Assembly (NCBI GenBank): GCA_007121015.1
Contig: SKMN01000004.1
Span: 16,507-80,506, forward strand
Direction: 5' to 3'
DNA: 64,000 bases
Source of the DNA: Coriobacteriia bacterium
Lineage (GTDB): Bacteria > Actinomycetota > Coriobacteriia > Anaerosomatales > SLCP01
The notes under the pieces are model-generated. The model did no database searches. It saw nothing but the letters and a program-made list of their open reading frames with translations, and was not told the DNA's origin. The translations under genes and the position numbers were made by a program. This document shows positions 31,756 to 39,577 of the stretch, piece after piece (within the stretch, counting starts at the first letter, position 1; every line of letters starts with the position of its first letter).

Positions 31756-31782
31756 ATATCTGCGTTTCCGCAGGTAGTTACG

Positions 31783-31858
31783 TGGAGCCGACGAGCGGAT
31801 TCGAACCGCTGACCTGCGCATTACGAGTGCGCTGCTCTACCAGCTGAGCTACGTCGGC
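31783..31858 (-). tRNA. tRNA-Thr(CGT)
   Basis: GCCGACGTAGCTCAGCTGGTAGAGCAGCGCACT-CGT-AATGCGCAGGTCAGCGGTTCGAATCCGCTCGTCGGCTCCA; 76 nt with encoded CCA. Confidence 0.97.
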
Positions 31859-31867
31859 ATTCAGTTG

Positions 31868-33100
31868 TCAGGACGCGCTTCCGCCCTCGGCGGGCTTGTC
31901 CTTGCCCGGCGGCCGCCTGCGCCGCCTGCGCCTGCCCGAAGAGCCCGTGCCAGCGCCCTTCTGTTCCGAACTCCTGGCCGCGCCAGCCTTCTGGCCGCCA
32001 CCGCCCTCGCCCTGTGCAGCAGGAGCTTTCTGTTCCCCGCCGCTCTGGGCCTTCTGCTCGCCGCTTCCGCCACGACCCTTGCCGCGCCGCCGCTTCGAGC
32101 GCCGACTGCCACGCGACGAACTGTCCTTCTTCCCAGCATCGCCACCATCGCCGCGCCCATCGCCGCCAGAAGGCGACTCCGCTTCGGCCGTGGCGACCGC
32201 AGCTGCGACCTTCGACGGTGTCGAAAGCCGCGCGAGCATGCTGTTGGCCCGCGGGTCGTCGAGCGTATCGAGCGCCTCGCGGCTCACCTTGCACGGACAC
32301 CCGCGTTCGCACTGCATCACCGCGAGCGGCACGGAGATCGAGCCACCCTCGGCGAGCCTGATCCGGACGGTCTCCCGCGGCGTATTCAACTCGGCGACCT
32401 TCCCGTCGCCCAGTGGCGTCTCGACGGGGGTGCCACGCTTGGGAGCCCGAGACTTGAAATCCTTGTACGCCTCGAACTCATAGCGCAGACAGCACATGAG
32501 TCTGCCGCACAGTCCACTGATTTTCAAGGGGTTGAGCGGTAAGTCCTGTTCTTTCGCCATCCGGATCGAGACCGGCTGGAACTCGCCCGAGAACCGCGCG
32601 CAGCACAACTGCTGCCCGCAGTGGCCGAGACCGCCGACCATGCGGGCCTCGTCGCGTACTCCGACCTGGCGCATGTCGACGCGTGCACGCATGCGCGAGG
32701 CAAGCTCGCGCACGAGGTCCCGGAAGTCGACGCGCTCTTCTGCCACGAAGTAGAACACGACCTTCTCGCCGCCGAAGAGGAACTCCACGTCGATCGGTTT
32801 CATCTTGAGCTTGTACTTGCCGATGAGCTCGCGGTACACGCCCATCGCGTCGCGCTCCTTTTCGGCGAGCTCCTCGGCGAGTGCGAGGTCCTCGTCGGTG
32901 GCGACGCGCACGACGGGCTTGAGCGGCGTGGGCAGGTCGGAGACGGCGACCTCGTGGACGCCCTCGAGCACCTGCCCGAGCTCGATCCCGCGTTCGGTCT
33001 CGACGATCACGGTGTCACCTGGCTCCGGCGTCGTACCGGCCGCATCGAAGAGCAGCACCTTGGGTGCGAACTTGAGTTTGACTCCCACTACCGTGGGCAC
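31868..33100 (-). CDS. ricT: PSP1/RicT (YaaT) family protein
   Basis: RVDFRDLV, RDEA, CGQQLCC and KISGLCGRLMCCLRYE motifs. Confidence 0.92.
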   Translation of the reverse strand: MPTVVGVKLKFAPKVLLFDAAGTTPEPGDTVIVETERGIELGQVLEGVHEVAVSDLPTPLKPVVRVATDEDLALAEELAEKERDAMGVYRELIGKYKLKMKPIDVEFLFGGEKVVFYFVAEERVDFRDLVRELASRMRARVDMRQVGVRDEARMVGGLGHCGQQLCCARFSGEFQPVSIRMAKEQDLPLNPLKISGLCGRLMCCLRYEFEAYKDFKSRAPKRGTPVETPLGDGKVAELNTPRETVRIRLAEGGSISVPLAVMQCERGCPCKVSREALDTLDDPRANSMLARLSTPSKVAAAVATAEAESPSGGDGRGDGGDAGKKDSSSRGSRRSKRRRGKGRGGSGEQKAQSGGEQKAPAAQGEGGGGQKAGAARSSEQKGAGTGSSGRRRRRRRPPGKDKPAEGGSAS

Positions 33101-34215
33101 GTAAGGACCTCCCGGATGTCGAAGAGCATGGCCTCGATGGCCAGCTGGGGGCTCACATTATACGAGATGCGGCGCCTCGCCTGCTTGACCGCCGCAAGTG
33201 CACGCGTCGCGGCAGCGGGAGTGATGACCGCGGCTACCTCTTCCATCGCGTCGGCGACGTCGCGGTTGGCCACGAGGTCGCCCACGCCTTGGGAGAGGAC
33301 CAAGCAATCCCTCAGCCAACTCTCGGCGATGTTGAGCACCTCGGTGACGCCTTCGCGTTCGCGCGCGGTGAGTTGGCGCTTGTGCCGGTCCTCGAGCGCC
33401 TTGCCGCCGCTCTTCCCGACGAAGTCGACGCGCTCGCGGACCTCCTCGGCCTGGAGCGCCTTGAGCTCGTCGAGGGGCGCCTTGACCGCGGCGAGTAGTC
33501 GGCGCGCCGCCATCAGGACGTCGTGCTCGTCGTAGACGGAGAGGTCTTTGAGAGTCCCGAGCATGTGGTCGCGCGCGAGTCGCCGGGGGACCGAGTCGAG
33601 GAACTCTGTTGCGCGCGCCAACACGCCTCCGGTCGCCGCGAGTGCGGCGGTCGCCTCGGCCTCGCTCGCCCCGGTGCGCTCGGCAAGGAGCCGGGTCGCG
33701 TCGTGTGGCGAGAGCCTGCGGAACCGCACCACCTGACAGCGCGAGGCGATCGTGGGGGGTACAGCCTCGTATGTCGTGGCGAGCAGCACGATGATGACGT
33801 GGTCGGGCGGTTCTTCGAGCGTCTTGAGGAACGCGTTGGCGGCGGACTCGTTGAACGAATCGGCGGCCTCGAGGATGTAGATGGTGCGTTCCCCCTCGAC
33901 CGGCGCCAGGTTGACGTCGTGGATGATCTCGCGGATCTGCTCGACCATGTAGGTAGCCGCGCCCTCCGGCGCGACGTTGCGGACGTCGGGGTGGAGTCCG
34001 CGTTTGATACGGCGGCACTCTGCGCACGTGCCGCACCCGTCATCGGCGCAGATGATGGCGCACGCGAACGCACGAGCCGTGCTCTTCTTGCCCGCACCTG
34101 CAGGACCCGTGAAGAGGTACGCGTGCGAGATCGCGCCGCGGCGCACGGCGGCTGCGAGGTACTCCGCCACGCGCGACTGCCCGACGAGGTCGTCCCATAC
34201 GGACCGGTTACCCAT
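33088..34215 (-). CDS. holB: DNA polymerase III subunit delta'
   Basis: HAYLFTGPAGAGK, CGTCAEC, ANAFLKTLEEP and TIASRC motifs. Confidence 0.94.
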   Translation of the reverse strand: MGNRSVWDDLVGQSRVAEYLAAAVRRGAISHAYLFTGPAGAGKKSTARAFACAIICADDGCGTCAECRRIKRGLHPDVRNVAPEGAATYMVEQIREIIHDVNLAPVEGERTIYILEAADSFNESAANAFLKTLEEPPDHVIIVLLATTYEAVPPTIASRCQVVRFRRLSPHDATRLLAERTGASEAEATAALAATGGVLARATEFLDSVPRRLARDHMLGTLKDLSVYDEHDVLMAARRLLAAVKAPLDELKALQAEEVRERVDFVGKSGGKALEDRHKRQLTAREREGVTEVLNIAESWLRDCLVLSQGVGDLVANRDVADAMEEVAAVITPAAATRALAAVKQARRRISYNVSPQLAIEAMLFDIREVLTCPR

Positions 34216-34864
34216 CGGCACGTTCCTCCAGTACCGTCGCAATCACGGGGATGCGCTTGACGGCATCGACCACCCGACCTGCGACCTCATCGACCGTGCC
34301 GTTCGCGTCGACGACCACGACCCGGTCCGGCTCGGCGGCCGCGATCGCGAGGAAACCGTCGCGCACGCGGTCGTGGAATGCGGCGTCCTCGGCTTCGAGG
34401 CGGTCGGCGCCCAGGCCGGTCGCGCGACAGAGGCCCTCGGCCGAGTCGAGGTCGAGCAGCACCGTCACGTCGGGGAGGTGTCCTGCCACGGCGAACCTGT
34501 TGAGCATCGTGACCTCGTGGAGCGGAAGGCCGCGACCGTACCCCTGGTAAGCCGTGGTCGAGTCCACGAACCGGTCGCACACGACGACGTGACCGGCAGC
34601 GAGCGTCGGCCGGATGGATTCCGCGAGCAGCTGGGCGCGGCTCGCCTCGTAGAGGAGGAGTTCGGCCCGGTGGTCGAGTTCTGCGTGTGCGGGATCGAGC
34701 AGGATCGCGCGGACCGCCTCACCGACCCTCGTACCGCCCGGTTCGCGGACCTCGGTCACCGCGAGTCCCGCGTCCTGGAGCGTCTCGGCGAGCCGCTTCG
34801 CCTGCGTCGACTTGCCGGTGCCCTCGCACCCTTCGATGGTGATGAACACTCCCCTGACCATCAT
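34208..34864 (-). CDS. tmk: thymidylate kinase
   Basis: FITIEGCEGTGKST, REPGGT and DRFVDSTTAYQG motifs. Confidence 0.96.
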   Translation of the reverse strand: MMVRGVFITIEGCEGTGKSTQAKRLAETLQDAGLAVTEVREPGGTRVGEAVRAILLDPAHAELDHRAELLLYEASRAQLLAESIRPTLAAGHVVVCDRFVDSTTAYQGYGRGLPLHEVTMLNRFAVAGHLPDVTVLLDLDSAEGLCRATGLGADRLEAEDAAFHDRVRDGFLAIAAAEPDRVVVVDANGTVDEVAGRVVDAVKRIPVIATVLEERADG

Positions 34865-35463
34865 GCACTCACCCCCCGATGGCCGCCCGGCTGATCCGCG
34901 CCGGTCGCCACCGTTTCGTAGATGTCGGCTCCGTGGGAGTCTATGCCCACGAACGCCGGGAGCCGGTCGAGCTCGAACCGCACGAGTGCCTCGGTGCCGA
35001 GCTCCGGGTATGCGATCACTTCGGCGCTCAGCACGTGCGTGGCCAGTAAGGCCGCCGCGCCTCCAACGGCCACGAAGTACACCGCACCGTGCTCGACACA
35101 TGCCGCGCGGACCTCGGTGGAGCGCGGACCCTTCCCTATGGTCGCGACGATGCCGGCCGCGAGCAGTGCCGGTGTGAACACGTCCATCCGCGAGGCGGTC
35201 GTCGGCCCGACGGCTCCGGCGGGGCGGCCAGCCGCCGGCGGCGTGGGACCAGCATAAAAGAGCGTCTGTCCCGCCAATCGGTGCGGAAGCATGCCGTCGC
35301 GCTCGAGTTCGGCCACGATACGTGCGTGCGTGGCATCGCGCGCCGTGAACACCGGGCCGCTCAGGGCGACCGCGTCGCCGGCCTTCAGATGCGCGAGCGA
35401 CTCTGCTGACGCCGGGAACCGTACCTCGGTCGCCGGTATGTCGGTGTGCCGATCATCTTTCAC
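34861..35463 (-). CDS. Fe-S fumarate/tartrate hydratase beta subunit
   Basis: TARDATH, GPTTASRM, IGKG and ELGTEA motifs. Confidence 0.92.
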   Translation of the reverse strand: MKDDRHTDIPATEVRFPASAESLAHLKAGDAVALSGPVFTARDATHARIVAELERDGMLPHRLAGQTLFYAGPTPPAAGRPAGAVGPTTASRMDVFTPALLAAGIVATIGKGPRSTEVRAACVEHGAVYFVAVGGAAALLATHVLSAEVIAYPELGTEALVRFELDRLPAFVGIDSHGADIYETVATGADQPGGHRGVSA

Positions 35464-36910
35464 ATGGACTTCCTTCCACGCACCCCCGCCAGTCAAGCGT
35501 CCTGAAAGCATACACCGCGGCGCCGATGACAACGAACGCCGCGACCACGAGCACCATCTGCTCGCCGGTGACCGGCGGGATCACGCCACGCGCCTCGGCC
35601 ACCGCGCTCACCTGCCGTACCGCCAGTTCGCCGAGGGGCGCGACGGCGACCATCGACCCGAGGAGCGAGACTCTGACCACCGCCTCCAAGGCGGTGAAGA
35701 CCCGGCCGCGGATGTCGTCGTCGACCGTGTTCACGATGTAGGTGTTTCCCGAGACGGTCACCACCGCGATGCACACTCCCGCCGCGACCGCCGCGAGCGC
35801 GGTCACGACGTACCAGCCCACGAGGGCGAACACGAGCATCGAGCAACCGAATGCCGCGACCCCGCCGCTGAAAAGGAGTTGCAGAGGCATGCGAGCGGCA
35901 AGACGCGGGACGGTGAGCGCGCCAGCTACCATGCCGAGTGCCATGAACACCAGCACGAATGTCTGGGGAGCGGCAGCGAGCGTCTCGAGCCACCTGTGCT
36001 CCCCGACCAGCAGGATCGGATCAGCAAGCGTACGCTGGACGCGCACCAGCCCGACCGGCACGATGGCCCCGCCGCCAAGGATCGCTACGGCGATCGTCGC
36101 GAGAAAGCCCCGGAGTTCGCGGTGGCCCTGGAGGAACCTGAAGGATTCGCGCACGTCGGCGCCGAGGAGACGGAGGCGGAAGCGGGTCTGCGGACCTTCT
36201 GCAGTGTCGGCGATGCGGATGCGCACGATGAGAGCGGCCGAGACGAGGAACGTCATGCTGTTGAGCACGACACCAGCGAGCGGGCCGAGGAGGGCAGGTC
36301 CGAACGGGCGCAGGAACGTCTCGACGAGCGGGAGACCGGAGTCGAGAAGGACGCGCACGACCGCCTCGAAGCCGGCGAGGATGGCGCCGGACGCGGTGAG
36401 TCCGACGAGCATGGAAGCCTGCTGAGTCGTGTACGCGAGCCCGTTCGCCGAGGCGACGTCCGCAGGCCGCACGAGGCGCGGGATGAGCGCGTTGCGCGCT
36501 GGATAGAAGAAGAGCGAGGCGATCTCCATGAGCAACACGATGAGGTAGATGAACACGAGCGACTGCGAGAGGAGCAACCCGAGCGTGAGCGTGGCGCGGG
36601 CGAGGTCGCACGCGATCATGAGACGGCGACGGTCGAACCGGTCGACGACCACGCCCGTCACGGAGCTCAGCACGAGCGATGGAGTAAGTTTCGCGATGAG
36701 TATGCCGGCAACGGCGAGCGGCGAGCCCCCGGAAAGCGACGTCACGAGGGGGATCAGTAGGCCGATGACGAGCCAGTCGCCGACCCCGCTCACCGCCTGG
36801 GCCGCCCACAGGCGTGCGAACGCGCGGTTGGCGATCAGCCGACGGTACGCACCCCGCGATCCGGCGAGCGCCTCACCGGCTCGCGCTCCGAGGGGGCTCC
36901 GGGAACCCAT
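35453..36910 (-). CDS. MFS transporter
   Basis: GVVVDRFDRRRLMIACD motif A; RGRVF; about 12 TM segments. Confidence 0.9.
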   Translation of the reverse strand: MGSRSPLGARAGEALAGSRGAYRRLIANRAFARLWAAQAVSGVGDWLVIGLLIPLVTSLSGGSPLAVAGILIAKLTPSLVLSSVTGVVVDRFDRRRLMIACDLARATLTLGLLLSQSLVFIYLIVLLMEIASLFFYPARNALIPRLVRPADVASANGLAYTTQQASMLVGLTASGAILAGFEAVVRVLLDSGLPLVETFLRPFGPALLGPLAGVVLNSMTFLVSAALIVRIRIADTAEGPQTRFRLRLLGADVRESFRFLQGHRELRGFLATIAVAILGGGAIVPVGLVRVQRTLADPILLVGEHRWLETLAAAPQTFVLVFMALGMVAGALTVPRLAARMPLQLLFSGGVAAFGCSMLVFALVGWYVVTALAAVAAGVCIAVVTVSGNTYIVNTVDDDIRGRVFTALEAVVRVSLLGSMVAVAPLGELAVRQVSAVAEARGVIPPVTGEQMVLVVAAFVVIGAAVYAFRTLDWRGCVEGSPCER

Positions 36911-36912
36911 CT

Positions 36913-37752
36913 CTACCGGATCTCGATGCTCGCACTACGCACCGCACAGCAGCCGACGTTCACCGCCACCGGGAGTGCCGCGATGTGGGCGGGAGCGGTG
37001 AGCACGTGCACGGCGAGAGCGGTCGTGTCGCCACCGAGCCCGCCCGGTCCGATACCGAGCCCGTTGACCTCATCGAGCAGCTCCGCCTCGAACACGGCGA
37101 CGTGTGAGTCGGGGTGCGGCTCTCCCACCGGGCGCAGAAGCGCCTTCTTCGCGAGCATGCCCACCTTGTCGAACGTCGAGCCGACGCCGACCCCCACTAC
37201 CAGCGGCGGGCACGCCGACGCCGCCTTCGCGGCGACCGCCTCGAGCACGAAACGGCGCACGCCCTCCTCCCCCTCTCCGGGAGCCAGCATCCGGAGAGCC
37301 GAGGCGTTGTCCGAACCTCCGCCTTTGAGCATCATGTGCACGGTGACCCCGGGTCCCGGACGCGTGACGATGTCGAGGAACGCCGGCGTGTTGAAGCCGG
37401 TGTTCTCACGATCCGTGAACGCGTCGCGCGCGAGCGAAGCCCTCAGGCCCGCCGATGTATACGCGTCTGCGACGGCGGCATCGACAGCTTCCTGCAGGTC
37501 ACCGCACACGCACTGATCGGCACCCACCTCTATCAGGACCCACACGTACCCGGTGTCCTGACAGATCGGCACGCGGTCATCGCCCGCGATCGCGGCATTG
37601 CGCACGAGTTGGCCGAGGACCGCGCGCGCGCGGGGGGAACGCTCCCGTTCGACGGCGGCTTCCATCGCTGCGAGGATGTCGGGCCGGAGCTCGACCGCCG
37701 CACGCGGGATCGCCTCCCGGACCGCCGCTGCTATGTCCGCCGAACCGACCAC
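36913..37752 (-). CDS. Fe-S fumarate/tartrate hydratase alpha subunit
   Basis: PICQDTG, KGGGSDN, ACPP, GPGGLGG and GCCA motifs. Confidence 0.93.
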   Translation of the reverse strand: MVGSADIAAAVREAIPRAAVELRPDILAAMEAAVERERSPRARAVLGQLVRNAAIAGDDRVPICQDTGYVWVLIEVGADQCVCGDLQEAVDAAVADAYTSAGLRASLARDAFTDRENTGFNTPAFLDIVTRPGPGVTVHMMLKGGGSDNASALRMLAPGEGEEGVRRFVLEAVAAKAASACPPLVVGVGVGSTFDKVGMLAKKALLRPVGEPHPDSHVAVFEAELLDEVNGLGIGPGGLGGDTTALAVHVLTAPAHIAALPVAVNVGCCAVRSASIEIR

Positions 37753-37765
37753 GGCCCCCCTCGCG

Positions 37766-38695
37766 TCACAGTCCGGCCGCGGCGACCGCCTCGGCCACGC
37801 TCGTGGCAGAGGCACGCAGCGCTGCAAGCTCGCTCGCGTCGAGGTCCAACTCGGGGATCTCGAGCACCCCGAGGCTTCCGAGTGCGGCGGGTACCGACAG
37901 GTAGACGTCCTCGATGCCGTAGTGGCCCTCGAGGCGCACGCAGCTCGACAGCACGGCTCCGGTATCGCCGAGGATGGCCTCGAGCATCGCGACGATCGAC
38001 GCCGCCGGCGCGTAGAACGCGCTTCCCGTCTTGAGGAGCGCGACGACCTCAGCGCCGGCGTTGACGGTACGGTCCACGAGCGCCTCGACACGCTCTGCGG
38101 GCAGAATCTCGGTGAGCGGCGTGCCGTTGACGGTACTCATGCGGGGAAGCGGCACCATGGCCTCACCGTGGGCGCCCACCACGAGCGCATCGATCGTCTC
38201 GGTGGGTGCGCCGGTCTCCTCGGCGATGGCGAACGCGAAACGGGCTGAGTCGAGCACGCCGCCCATGCCGAAGATGCGCTGGCAAGGCAGCCCGGAGACC
38301 TGCCACGCGAGGTGCGTCATGACGTCGAGCGGGTTGGTGACGCACACGAAGATGGCCTCGGGCGACTCCTCGATCGCGGCGGGGATCACCGAACGCACGA
38401 TGGCTGCGTTGGCGGCAAGCAGGTCCTCGCGGGTCATGCCCGGCTTGCGCGGCAGTCCCGCGGTGACGACCACGACATCCGAGTCCGCGGTGTCAGCGTA
38501 GTCGTTCGTACCCGACACGGTCGGCGCGAAGTGTTCGACCGAGCGGCTGTGCATCAGGTCGAGCGCCTTGCCCTGCGGCAGGCCCTCGGCCACGTCGACG
38601 AGCACCACGTCGGCAAGGCCCTTCTCCAACAGCAGGAACGCTGTGGTCGCGCCGACCTGGCCCGCACCGACGATCGTCACCTTAGGACGTGCCAT
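37766..38695 (-). CDS. mdh: malate dehydrogenase (LDH-like)
   Basis: GAGQVG, PRKPGMTREDL (Arg specificity residue), NPLD, LDSAR and HG motifs. Confidence 0.94.
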   Translation of the reverse strand: MARPKVTIVGAGQVGATTAFLLLEKGLADVVLVDVAEGLPQGKALDLMHSRSVEHFAPTVSGTNDYADTADSDVVVVTAGLPRKPGMTREDLLAANAAIVRSVIPAAIEESPEAIFVCVTNPLDVMTHLAWQVSGLPCQRIFGMGGVLDSARFAFAIAEETGAPTETIDALVVGAHGEAMVPLPRMSTVNGTPLTEILPAERVEALVDRTVNAGAEVVALLKTGSAFYAPAASIVAMLEAILGDTGAVLSSCVRLEGHYGIEDVYLSVPAALGSLGVLEIPELDLDASELAALRASATSVAEAVAAAGL

Positions 38696-38815
38696 GTGTT
38701 AGACCCTTTCCTCGAGAATAGCCTGCTGCACGGATTCTATCACCGACCGTCCCTAGCACCGATGGTCCCGCCGAGGAGGTCGCGCCTCGGACTCGGCGTG
38801 CGTCACGCCGAGTCC

Positions 38816-39502
38816 TCACGACAGGTCCGCAGGGTAGTCCACCGGAGGCTTGCGCCCCTCGTGCGCCGCGATTCGCTGGACGAGCATCGGCGGCGGCTCG
38901 GGCAGCGCAAGGTCGGGTTCGGGGGCGGGCAGTGGGACCTCGACGTCGACCATGAGGACCTCGTCATCGGCCGAGGCCGACTCGGCCACGAGTTCGCCGA
39001 GATGGATGATCGCGCTCGTTCCGTCGTGCGCCGGATGAACCACCGTCCCGGAGCACTCGGCCAGCACGACGAGACCGGCGAGCGCGGGGGCGCACTCGAG
39101 CGCGTACTCGAGTATCGCCTCGGCCTGGAGTTCGGATTCGGCGCCCGGCCGCCACACGACCGAGTCGGCGCGCGCCTCCTTGATGCGGGAGGCGGTCTCG
39201 GGTCGCAGACACGCGTCCCCCGACGCAAGGGCGGTCGTCCCGAGCGGGGTCTCGACGATCCGCCCCGTGGAGTCATCGTCGGCAGCGAATGAGACGAGCA
39301 GCGCGGCGCCCTCGGCACACCCGTCGATCCCGGCGAGCAGGACCTCTCGCTCGTCCAGCGGCATCCCTGCCAGCGACGGGGGACGCGGGCACACGATAAC
39401 CTCGGCGTCCTGCTCGCACGCAGAGCGAGCCGCTTCGGTGAGCGCCGCCACGTCGGCGGCGGCATCCCCCCGGCAGCGGTGGTGAAGGACAGCGATACGC
39501 AC
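38816..39502 (-). CDS. divergent carbon-nitrogen hydrolase-like protein
   Basis: Nitrilase-like start VRIAVLHH...AEVIVCP and G.SAII..GE.VA end; catalytic triad not evident. Confidence 0.6.
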   Translation of the reverse strand: MRIAVLHHRCRGDAAADVAALTEAARSACEQDAEVIVCPRPPSLAGMPLDEREVLLAGIDGCAEGAALLVSFAADDDSTGRIVETPLGTTALASGDACLRPETASRIKEARADSVVWRPGAESELQAEAILEYALECAPALAGLVVLAECSGTVVHPAHDGTSAIIHLGELVAESASADDEVLMVDVEVPLPAPEPDLALPEPPPMLVQRIAAHEGRKPPVDYPADLS

Positions 39503-39577
39503 GAGGTGTCTCCCCTCTCTACCCAGCCACACGGGACCCTTCCGAGGAGATACCCGAAAATCGCACGGGACACGCCG

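Larger units (their letters stand above)
29830..31782. mobile_element. degenerate genomic islet at the tRNA-Thr 3' end
   Basis: Integrase remnant next to the tRNA 3' end plus two lower-GC orphan ORFs; left boundary uncertain. Confidence 0.6.
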
